DNA from: a virus
IMG/VR virus record: IMGVR_UViG_3300028029_000007
Coordinates: 22,046-86,045 of that record
Strand: one strand, 5' to 3'
DNA: 64,000 nt
The notes beneath the pieces were generated by a model. That model saw only the letters and a list, made by a program, of their open reading frames with translations. It was not told the origin of the DNA and ran no database searches. Position 1 is the first letter of the stretch. Each line of letters opens with the position of its first letter. The translations under genes were made by a program, and so were the position numbers. Shown piece by piece: positions 49,730 to 58,292 of this stretch.

Positions 49730-50506
49730 TTATTCAGCACCACGGGCCCCTTCTTTAATGTTTAACTTTGAAGAATAAGGTCTTAAATTAGATAGTGCCC
49801 AACATTTTTTAAAGTCCGGATGAACCATCGAATCATACTTAAAACTACAATGCGGTATTATATGATCAATCTGCCAAGTCCAAGTACTAGAACTTCTATC
49901 ATACCAGGTATTAAGATTATATACTCCCCAATTATCCCAATTCATCCAGCTTTCAAACTGGGACTCTAAGTGCTCTTTAAGCTCCTTGAATGTATAAGGA
50001 AGATATTTCGTGCAAGATTCATTACCCTTAGAGGATTGACTCCTTATTAACCCTCTCCTAATAGTTGATGATAGATTTTTCCTTAATTTAAAGTCCGGCT
50101 CATTATTGTATCTATCATTATTATGCTTATTTATATCTTTTCTATTTTTCTTTTTATATCTCTTATTCTGATCTCGCTCTCTTTTCTTATTATTCTCTCT
50201 ATATTCTTTAATCCTGTCAGGGTTAGATTTCCTATAAGAGCTTGATTTATCCTTTATAGCACTGGAGTTATTTTTATAGTAAATCTTCTTTTTCTCTATT
50301 AAATCATCTTTATTTTTAAGATTATATTCTTTTTGCCATTCTGATATGGCCTCCTTATTTTCCTCTCTATATATTCTCTTATACTCTGCAGTGCATAATT
50401 TACATTGATTTGTTGTTTTTACGCCGGTACTTGACTTGTATGTTTTGAAGTTATTCTCGTGATCTTTCTTTTCTAAACCACAAACTCTGCATTCCTTTAA
50501 AGTCAT
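49730..50506 (-). CDS. HNH-family homing endonuclease
   Basis: CRVC..CKLC finger; Lys/Tyr-rich helical repeats; WMNWDNWG..WQIDHIIP..CWALSNLRPY. Confidence 0.85.
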   Translation of the reverse strand: MTLKECRVCGLEKKDHENNFKTYKSSTGVKTTNQCKLCTAEYKRIYREENKEAISEWQKEYNLKNKDDLIEKKKIYYKNNSSAIKDKSSSYRKSNPDRIKEYRENNKKRERDQNKRYKKKNRKDINKHNNDRYNNEPDFKLRKNLSSTIRRGLIRSQSSKGNESCTKYLPYTFKELKEHLESQFESWMNWDNWGVYNLNTWYDRSSSTWTWQIDHIIPHCSFKYDSMVHPDFKKCWALSNLRPYSSKLNIKEGARGAE

Positions 50507-50552
50507 ACATTTTTATATATCTATTATGTGTTGGATTATTCGCTATTTCTTC

Positions 50553-50581
50553 TTGACGGAGCGCTTATAATAATGTAGGGT
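50553..50581 (+). promoter_or_regulatory. Sigma70-like promoter for the antisense lipoprotein gene
   Basis: TTGACG (50553-50558), 17-nt spacer, TAGGGT (50576-50581). Confidence 0.55.
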
Positions 50582-50646
50582 ATATGTATCAACAACAAGA
50601 AATGGAGCGCAATAATACTGCCTCTCTTTCACTAAAGGAAAATTCA

Positions 50647-51393
50647 ATGAAAAACATCTATAATATCACCTCAATTCTTACATTCATTGCAATCTCAACC
50701 CTTTCAGGATGCGGATCTAACGGTGACTTCTCTACATCTGAGGAATATGGGGCTGGTGGTGACGATAATAATAGTGACGATAATGGTAGTGTCACTAATC
50801 CAGGAAGCGATGGTGAGACATCTACTGCCGGTACAGGTGGAGAGCAATCTGAGGAGTCTGGGACATCCCCTGGTGGCTCTGACACCTTATCAACTGGCGG
50901 TTCTGACAATTCAACTGGAGGGATGACATCAACAGGAGGCGATGCTGGGACTGGAGTTTGTGTTCCAAAGACCTGTGAAGAGATTGCTTATGATTTCAAT
51001 GGTGAATTCCCATTACCAATGCCAGGAGAATCAGGATCAGCATGTGGCGTTCATGATGATGGATGTGGCAGAAATCTTTTCTGCGATGTCTGTGATTCTC
51101 CATGGCATGAATGTGGTGGCAATATTAGCTCTATTCGGGTAAATGACATTAATGCAGATTATGTAGATTATGGTATCTCAAAAGGGACACCTGGAATTTG
51201 CTCTGGTGGTTGTAAGAATTATGGAAAGGATGCTTCTTGTGGTGGTGAAAAATATTTTTACACATGCCCAGCAGAGAAAAACCAGAACGCAGAAGATGGA
51301 TCCTTTACAAGAATTCCACCAGAGCTTTCTGATAACGACTGTGAGGATCTTGGCGGAAAGGGAGTCTGGTTCTGTTGTAGTGTCAAAAATTAA
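50647..51393 (+). CDS. Cys-rich lipoprotein (moron-like accessory gene)
   Basis: AAGGAA RBS before ATG 50647; signal peptide with LSG-C lipobox; G/S/T/D linker; CVPKTC..CG..DDGCG..LFC..C..CGG module. The ORF track starts it at 50584. Confidence 0.8.
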   Translation: MKNIYNITSILTFIAISTLSGCGSNGDFSTSEEYGAGGDDNNSDDNGSVTNPGSDGETSTAGTGGEQSEESGTSPGGSDTLSTGGSDNSTGGMTSTGGDAGTGVCVPKTCEEIAYDFNGEFPLPMPGESGSACGVHDDGCGRNLFCDVCDSPWHECGGNISSIRVNDINADYVDYGISKGTPGICSGGCKNYGKDASCGGEKYFYTCPAEKNQNAEDGSFTRIPPELSDNDCEDLGGKGVWFCCSVKN

Positions 51394-51411
51394 AACACAA
51401 CCTATCAAAAG

Positions 51412-51441
51412 TAAAAAGCCTCGTGTACACGAGGCTTTTTA
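51412..51441. terminator. Bidirectional intrinsic terminator (perfect 30-bp palindrome)
   Basis: TAAAAAGCCTCGTGTACACGAGGCTTTTTA between convergent genes. Confidence 0.9.
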
Positions 51442-51442
51442 T

Positions 51443-54400
51443 TTAATGAGTGAATTTTATATAAATCTGTAAGGATATAGTTCCGCCAACAACACCAGAT
51501 GACTTCTCGATATTATCTAATTTAAGCTGCAAAGAAACCTGATCCTCAAAAACCTCAAATGTAGTACTAGAGTTTGTGATTGTCCCAGATGTACTTGCAC
51601 CGGTTATATCAGGAAATGGAAGTAAATCAATATCGGTATTTTTACCAGCCAACTTAAACCTAATCCTGCCACTATCCCAGCCATCAGTACCAGAAGTTGA
51701 CCAGTCAATAGTGGCTCCTACAATCTTAGCACCCTGTGGTATAATTGAAGACAATGGTAATGTACCCCAAGTTGTTTGAGCGCCAGTTGTAGATGTTTGA
51801 TAGTTAAATCTAATATTCCAAATATTTAAAGATTCAATTCCCTCTATTAATCTCAAACCATCTTTAGTAGTTGGGTTAATATTATAAATCCGATCAAGAT
51901 TAATCTGCGACCAAGCTCCATGAATCATATTAATATTAACCTCTTTAACATGATTAACATTTCTCGCTACAGTAGCTGAGTTTGAATCATAAGAAATCGT
52001 ATCTATGTCTGTACCATCAGTAGTTGTCTGATCCAATGTATTATCAACACACAGGCCAGATCCCATAATTATATAAGATACAATAGTTTGATCTCTGGAG
52101 ATATAGTTTCCAGCTATATACCCACCACCAGAGATTCCTATAGTTGTAAATGATGAGTGTACACCATTCCCAGTTATAATCGAATCATATCCAGAGGAAA
52201 TTCCAATTTGATATACCGTGGAATCTGTTTTACGAATCTTATTATTAGTTATATGTATAGTAGAATGTGAAGTCTGTCCGGCAACAGAAATGCCAGCATT
52301 AAAACTCATGTTGAAGCTTGCGCTTAGAACTCCTGCCCACAATTTATTATTATCAATAGTTGTAGATGAGTTATTGTTGCTAGGAGAATTTCTTACAACT
52401 AGCGATATGTAATTGCAAGTATTATTTGAAATAGTTTCTGTTCCAGTAAAATAAGCTGCCGTGGTAGTATACCTACCACTTTCATCACAGTGAAGTATAG
52501 CATAACAGTTATTATTAGATATGGTTAATCCAAGACCAGCTATCTGAGAGGCCCCAGCAAATGGCTCTGTGTTAGCGGCATAACCTATAATTCCATTAAT
52601 CATCGTATTATTAAAAATGCTTACATCTTTAAGTAAGAAACTTGCTATTGATTCATCGGAGGAAACTATTAGTATGCTTCCTTGACCATCCATAATATTG
52701 TCATCAATGCTTACATTTAAAAGCATTCCTCTATTATCATCAACATGAGTCCAATGGAATCCTACTGAACAATTTAACCCATTAGAAGACTCTTCAAACT
52801 TGTTTCCAGTAATTTTTATATTTTGTGCCGTGCTAAAAGCAGAACCATCGGCAAACTGAGCAATGTAAGGGGCTCTTTCTCCAGAGACGCCCTGAGAAAA
52901 GTTGCAACCTTCAATTATACAATCATAAGAATTATTAATCATATTAATGCATGCAACTCCCAGATCAAGATGAGAGTTGTTGTTTGCAACAGCAGTAACC
53001 AGCGCATTGTATACAAAGCTTATGTTTTTAATCGTTATGCCATTCTTAACAATCAAGCCGTTCTGAGAGTTAATAGTTACAGTCCCTCCAGCCCCTTCAA
53101 GTGTAAGATTGGAAATACTAGTAAGATCCACTTCCTGACTAATAGTTAGCGGACCATTAATCTTAACAGTTACATTGTTGGAGTCTGTATTTTCACACCA
53201 GGTGATTATTTGTTCAAAAGATGTGAATGAACTTGCATCCTCACTGTCAGAGATTGTTAGGTCTATATTTCCAGTCTGGTTCCTGATGTTATTTCTGGCA
53301 TCTACTACAGAGTTCACGGTAATAGACGCAATTGTTACATTCGCAATGTACAGCAGTACTAAATCTTTTCTATCATTCGTTAGCTCATCAAACGTAACAG
53401 ATGGGATATAATAATTATCAGAATCCGCAAGTCTCCTACCGAAGAAATGCTGCTTCGTTGGAGTTATTGGAAGAACTTCAAGAAGATCCTTGTCGTTTAC
53501 GCAAACACCCCAGTTCAATGTTGCTGTCTGCCCAGCTCCAGTGTCCTGTACAATTTCAGGTATAGATACGGACTGAGCATTAAGTGTGGACATGTGTCCA
53601 TTAACAAGTGCTATGCCGCCATTAAACGCAAGGGTTCCTGGAAGAGAAACATCTTCTCCCTTGTATGTGAATCCTGCAATAATACCGTTTACATGTAAAT
53701 GTCTTTCGCCAGCTTCAATGAAAGACCTCGCCGAATCTGTGAAATCAATTTCGGAAACGTTTCCGAACTCTCTAAGATCTGTAACACAAGTCACCCTATT
53801 AGAGGCAAGTGTGCATCCTGCTAGAAGTAAGTTCTCCTGATTTGTAGCTAAAGTATCAAACACCTCAATATCTACGTATCGAGGATCGTTTGTAGACATT
53901 ATTACCGTACCAGGATATTGGTTGGGCTCTATGTACTCAATTTCTATGTAGTCAACATCTGAAGAATCATAAAAACGTGCTGGAACATTTTTCCTTCCTG
54001 TAGTAACTCTTCCGAAATCTACAATATCATCGGTAGATGGAGTTCTTCTTCCAATATAACCATCATACTCACCAGATACAGAATCATAATTTAAAACATA
54101 GAATCGTACATACCTATTTAGATCAGATGAAAGGTCGTCCAGGAACCCTTTAAGCTTTGGAGACACTTCTCTAATCTTAAACGTTTCATCAGTATTAAGC
54201 TCTGAAACTGTCTCGGCCTGAATTGGAAGTCTAGCCCTCTCGTGAGAAAAAGTCTCGCCATCTTCATTTACATAAACCTCATGATATCTAGAGTAATCAT
54301 TTCCATTTACGGAATCGATAACATTTGATGCATTAAAAGATACAGAATCTTCTCCGAAGTAAAGCCTTACTGGAAGGTCTGGAACACCAGTGCTCCCAAT

Positions 54401-56485
54401 TGGAGATGCAGTTGCATGAAGGCCATTTATTACAGTGATGAATGTTATATCAGGATCTGTTGCACAACATGCTTGGAAGTTTACTTCTTTAATAAAGAAT
54501 CTGCCATAATCAACTTCAGAGAATAATACGTCGCCCCTATCAATCGATGGCTGTACTAATATCGTTCTGCCGGGCTTTAACTCAGCTCTCGCTAGATTAC
54601 CTTCAATTTGATACGTTATTTCTACAGTAGTTGCACCTACTGCAGTTCTATCAGAAATATAACCATCCCAATACCCATTAGTTGTCGCATATGTTTCAGC
54701 GAAGTTATCTCTTGAAATACCATTAACAGCGTATGTTCTCTTTTCAAGCGGGGGTAATACAACCGTTGGAAGGGAAGCCGCTCCAAGTGCAGAGTCATAT
54801 GATGCGCTAAATACTGGAGACGCAAGGCCGCTTTTAGAAACGCCAAAACCTAATGCATCCCTTCCGTCGCTAGCATCACCAACAACATTGTTTACATAAA
54901 CGCCAGGAACCAGGGTGCCAGCCGAAATGGAGCCGGAGATAATTGAGAAGGATGCGTCTGATACAGTATCAGAAAGCATAATTCCAAACTCACCATTGTA
55001 AGAGTATGCTATGAACCTATAGTTATACCCACCAGATCTAAATGCATCGTTAACAGTTTGAACGACAGAATATATTGTGTACTTACCCGGAGAAATTCCG
55101 GCATCACCAGTCACATCAATGGCAGGAAGCCTAGCAACTGTATCGCTTGGGTCACCAGTTGGATAGATAACCAGATACAAATTGTAATGCGTTGAATCAA
55201 GTTGAGTAGGATCAAACGCTAATCCAAGAGCAGATCCCCCTTTTGGATTTCCAACAATAAGTGATGGCGGAATATTTGGGTAAATATCGTTATTAGCCGC
55301 AGCTATAGCCAAAACTCCGAACTTATTAGTATCGAATGATCTTCTATCAATTCTGGCAATAGCGGTATACCCATCTGCATTAGCCAGGTTAACACCATTA
55401 ATTCTTACAATCCATTCTACACCTGGTAGATGTCTTTTAGACTCAACGTTGAAAACTCCCTCAACTCCGGACCCGTAGTTAATCCTTAGAACATCTCCAA
55501 CTTTAACCTTGGCGAATTTCTCATCGAAAAGGAACCCGGTATTATCTGGGTTGAAAGATATGATATCATCACCAGTAGTGTTGTTATCTACGGGGGAGGT
55601 TGCTGGTGCCCTAATAAGGAATGTGGAGGCTTCAGTCTCGGGAATTATATTAAAAGAATATCCGTCAACATTTCCCGGAACACTTGACCTTGCTTCCTTA
55701 GGAATGCCATTTGAGTGTTGATTTGCCTGATGTTGTTTAATAACGAGAGCATCAGCCTCATCAATTGCGTCAATAGCTTTTTGAACAGTATCAGCAGATT
55801 TTGGAATTGTAAGAAATTTTGTAGTATCAATTGAGATACCGGTGGCAAAGTGGGCATCACCAGTCTGATCATTCTGGTGAGCTACAAAATCATCATTAAT
55901 TTGTAGAAGTGCTTCGGCAACGGTAGTTGCTGTTCTAGTGTTACCATCCTTATCAATAAGTCCGTCCCAAATAAATGACGGATCTCTGGAATCAAAAGGA
56001 ACATCATTTAAATCAATCTGTGAAGATACGTGTCTTCCAGCTGTTGAACCATCAGACAATAATACTGCTCCAGAGATGTGGAGTAAAAGATTTGTATTTG
56101 TGATTGTTGCAAAAGCTGCTAAAGAATTCAGTGTTCCGGTGTTTGCGGTAAGCTGAGCATTAAGGTCTGCTGTAGTGTAATCTAGGGCAAGTTTAGTCTC
56201 CTGGATACCAGCACCAGAACCAACTTGGGCATCATCTATTGGCAGTGTTGCAAGGCCAACTGATGTTAATGCAGACGCCTTCAAGGTTCCGTTAAGGTTG
56301 ATTGATACACCAATTCTATCAGTAACAGATGTAAGTGTTCCTGACGGATTTATCCCCAACTCTTCTTCAATTGCAAAAACAGCAGAGCGGAGCTGGTTAA
56401 TGGCCTCTGTTCCGAGTTCGGAAATATTATCATCGAGGCGTATTATTGTTTCGTCTGAGTCCAGGGCAAATGGGTAAACTGTCAT
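51443..56485 (-). CDS. Large virion appendage protein with C-terminal parallel beta-helix (tailspike/whisker-like)
   Basis: YPFALD...INQLRSAVFAIEEELG N-terminus, TVAEAL/TVQKAI fibre motifs, repeated I.NN.C/I.GN.F beta-helix strands; 4 DGY. Confidence 0.65.
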   Translation of the reverse strand: MTVYPFALDSDETIIRLDDNISELGTEAINQLRSAVFAIEEELGINPSGTLTSVTDRIGVSINLNGTLKASALTSVGLATLPIDDAQVGSGAGIQETKLALDYTTADLNAQLTANTGTLNSLAAFATITNTNLLLHISGAVLLSDGSTAGRHVSSQIDLNDVPFDSRDPSFIWDGLIDKDGNTRTATTVAEALLQINDDFVAHQNDQTGDAHFATGISIDTTKFLTIPKSADTVQKAIDAIDEADALVIKQHQANQHSNGIPKEARSSVPGNVDGYSFNIIPETEASTFLIRAPATSPVDNNTTGDDIISFNPDNTGFLFDEKFAKVKVGDVLRINYGSGVEGVFNVESKRHLPGVEWIVRINGVNLANADGYTAIARIDRRSFDTNKFGVLAIAAANNDIYPNIPPSLIVGNPKGGSALGLAFDPTQLDSTHYNLYLVIYPTGDPSDTVARLPAIDVTGDAGISPGKYTIYSVVQTVNDAFRSGGYNYRFIAYSYNGEFGIMLSDTVSDASFSIISGSISAGTLVPGVYVNNVVGDASDGRDALGFGVSKSGLASPVFSASYDSALGAASLPTVVLPPLEKRTYAVNGISRDNFAETYATTNGYWDGYISDRTAVGATTVEITYQIEGNLARAELKPGRTILVQPSIDRGDVLFSEVDYGRFFIKEVNFQACCATDPDITFITVINGLHATASPIGSTGVPDLPVRLYFGEDSVSFNASNVIDSVNGNDYSRYHEVYVNEDGETFSHERARLPIQAETVSELNTDETFKIREVSPKLKGFLDDLSSDLNRYVRFYVLNYDSVSGEYDGYIGRRTPSTDDIVDFGRVTTGRKNVPARFYDSSDVDYIEIEYIEPNQYPGTVIMSTNDPRYVDIEVFDTLATNQENLLLAGCTLASNRVTCVTDLREFGNVSEIDFTDSARSFIEAGERHLHVNGIIAGFTYKGEDVSLPGTLAFNGGIALVNGHMSTLNAQSVSIPEIVQDTGAGQTATLNWGVCVNDKDLLEVLPITPTKQHFFGRRLADSDNYYIPSVTFDELTNDRKDLVLLYIANVTIASITVNSVVDARNNIRNQTGNIDLTISDSEDASSFTSFEQIITWCENTDSNNVTVKINGPLTISQEVDLTSISNLTLEGAGGTVTINSQNGLIVKNGITIKNISFVYNALVTAVANNNSHLDLGVACINMINNSYDCIIEGCNFSQGVSGERAPYIAQFADGSAFSTAQNIKITGNKFEESSNGLNCSVGFHWTHVDDNRGMLLNVSIDDNIMDGQGSILIVSSDESIASFLLKDVSIFNNTMINGIIGYAANTEPFAGASQIAGLGLTISNNNCYAILHCDESGRYTTTAAYFTGTETISNNTCNYISLVVRNSPSNNNSSTTIDNNKLWAGVLSASFNMSFNAGISVAGQTSHSTIHITNNKIRKTDSTVYQIGISSGYDSIITGNGVHSSFTTIGISGGGYIAGNYISRDQTIVSYIIMGSGLCVDNTLDQTTTDGTDIDTISYDSNSATVARNVNHVKEVNINMIHGAWSQINLDRIYNINPTTKDGLRLIEGIESLNIWNIRFNYQTSTTGAQTTWGTLPLSSIIPQGAKIVGATIDWSTSGTDGWDSGRIRFKLAGKNTDIDLLPFPDITGASTSGTITNSSTTFEVFEDQVSLQLKLDNIEKSSGVVGGTISLQIYIKFTH

Positions 56486-57540
56486 CTTCTATCTCCATCT
56501 ATTACATTTTGTTTGGCCGAATAGGGCCTTAAATTAGATAATTCCCAGCATTCCTTAAACTCTGAGCAATCCATAGATGTATACTTAAAACTAGAATGCG
56601 GAATAATATGGTCTATTTGCCAGGCCCAGGTTAAAGAGTTGCTATCATTCCAAGCTTTAGAGTTATACACTCCCCAATTATCCCAAGACATCCAGGGTTC
56701 GAATAATAACTCTAAATGATCTTTTAAATCTTTCATAGTATATGGCAACTTATCCAGTATTGAACCACTTTTAGTAATACCACTCAGTCCATTCCTAATG
56801 TGTAGAGAAATTGTTTTTCTTAATTTATACTTTGGGTTTTTAATCCATTTCTCTCTATTTTTCTGATTAATTTTCTCTTTGTTTTCCATATAGTATACTT
56901 TATGTTTTTGACTTAATTTGTCTTTATTTTTTACAGCATACTCTTTTTTATACTTTTTTATTTTTTCCTTATTATTTGAATTATATTTTATATTAGTATT
57001 TCGTCTTTTTTCGGGATTATTTTGACTATACAACCTTGATCTTAACAAAACTTTTCTTCTATGATTCTCAAAGTATCTTATGTTTCTTTCATTTGCGAGC
57101 TTTTTTTGCTTATCTTTGTATGCTTTCGTATTTTTCTTCTTATGACATTCTGTACATGTAATATTTGCACCATCAAAACATTCTCTACTTTTAGATATTT
57201 TACATGTAAAACATTTTTTATAAGGCTTTCTTTTTAATGTTTGGCATTTTTTACAAAGCCTAGGGAGGCAGCCTTTATTTAACGAAAAATTATTTAATAG
57301 TTTTTCATCTTTACAACTAGAACATGTTCTAGTTGTATTTTTTGGCATTTTCTCTATTTTTTTTAATCGAATAAGTATTCTTTTATCATCCTTATCTCTT
57401 AATTCATCACCTTTTTCGACTCGTCTTTTTTGTGATAAATGACTTTTACATACCTTACATGTTGACTGTTTCCCATTTCTTTTACAATTATGGAACTCAT
57501 CTAGAGTCTTTTCTAAATTACACTTTGTACAAATCTTCAT
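56482..57540 (-). CDS. HNH-family homing endonuclease with three zinc fingers
   Basis: Three CxxC..CxxC units; WMSWDNWG..WQIDHIIP..CWELSNLRPY; ATGA overlap with the next gene. Confidence 0.85.
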   Translation of the reverse strand: MKICTKCNLEKTLDEFHNCKRNGKQSTCKVCKSHLSQKRRVEKGDELRDKDDKRILIRLKKIEKMPKNTTRTCSSCKDEKLLNNFSLNKGCLPRLCKKCQTLKRKPYKKCFTCKISKSRECFDGANITCTECHKKKNTKAYKDKQKKLANERNIRYFENHRRKVLLRSRLYSQNNPEKRRNTNIKYNSNNKEKIKKYKKEYAVKNKDKLSQKHKVYYMENKEKINQKNREKWIKNPKYKLRKTISLHIRNGLSGITKSGSILDKLPYTMKDLKDHLELLFEPWMSWDNWGVYNSKAWNDSNSLTWAWQIDHIIPHSSFKYTSMDCSEFKECWELSNLRPYSAKQNVIDGDRR

Positions 57541-57557
57541 ATGATCACATAATAAAA

Positions 57558-57962
57558 TTAATCTTTTGGTATGTCTAATGAAACCTTCGCCTTCTCTTCT
57601 TCAATTCTTTTAGGAATTAATTTCTTCATATAGTACATGAAAAATTTGTACGTTGAGTTCGCACATAGACCAGCAACGATACCGAAGAAGACTCTGCCAG
57701 CAACAAATTCTGCAAACATCTCTGGGTAAGGATAACCAGTTACAAGAAATGCTATTAAACCACCCATTATTGCCGGTGTTGCACGTAAAACCCACTGCTT
57801 CCAAAATGCTACCCACCATCCCTCATACTTATCTGGGAAAATTTTAGCAATTTTAGGAGCACCTGTCTCAACGAGCTTGCGGAATACCATCACAGCAAGA
57901 TTTACTATGATAATAAAAATAATTGTTTGTATTGATAAAAATTGAGTTAATACGCCTTCCAT
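57558..57962 (-). CDS. Small membrane protein, holin-like
   Basis: About three hydrophobic segments and a charged C-terminal tail, 134 aa. Confidence 0.5.
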   Translation of the reverse strand: MEGVLTQFLSIQTIIFIIIVNLAVMVFRKLVETGAPKIAKIFPDKYEGWWVAFWKQWVLRATPAIMGGLIAFLVTGYPYPEMFAEFVAGRVFFGIVAGLCANSTYKFFMYYMKKLIPKRIEEEKAKVSLDIPKD

Positions 57963-58019
57963 AATATCTCCATGTTCTAATTATATGTAAAATTATTGAT
58001 TGAGGAACTTACTGCCTTC

Positions 58020-58232
58020 TCATTCAGGAGCATCTTCAGTTACAGCAGAGTTTATGCCATCTACAGACCACAACTCTTCAGGCTCTAATTCTAACTCTTG
58101 AACTTCAACTTTATAAGCAGTGAAGGCATTGTTTAACCCCTCCCTTAGCGCTGCTTTTTCAACTTGAGTTACCCCTTCTTTGGTTAGCTTATTTACTAGG
58201 TGTTCTAGTTTAAGTCTGATACGTTCGTCCAT
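58020..58232 (-). CDS. Hypothetical protein (70 aa), possibly a fibre chaperone
   Basis: GAAGGA RBS, co-oriented, follows the tailspike-like gene. Confidence 0.55.
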   Translation of the reverse strand: MDERIRLKLEHLVNKLTKEGVTQVEKAALREGLNNAFTAYKVEVQELELEPEELWSVDGINSAVTEDAPE

Positions 58233-58292
58233 TTCGGTCCTTCTTATCTGTTTATTGAGGAATTTATTCTATCTCTTTAATTAAAAAGAATT

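Noticed and set aside
50566..50571. Perfect TATAAT near TTGACG
   Set aside because: Only 7 nt from the -35 box; TAGGGT at 17-nt spacing fits better.
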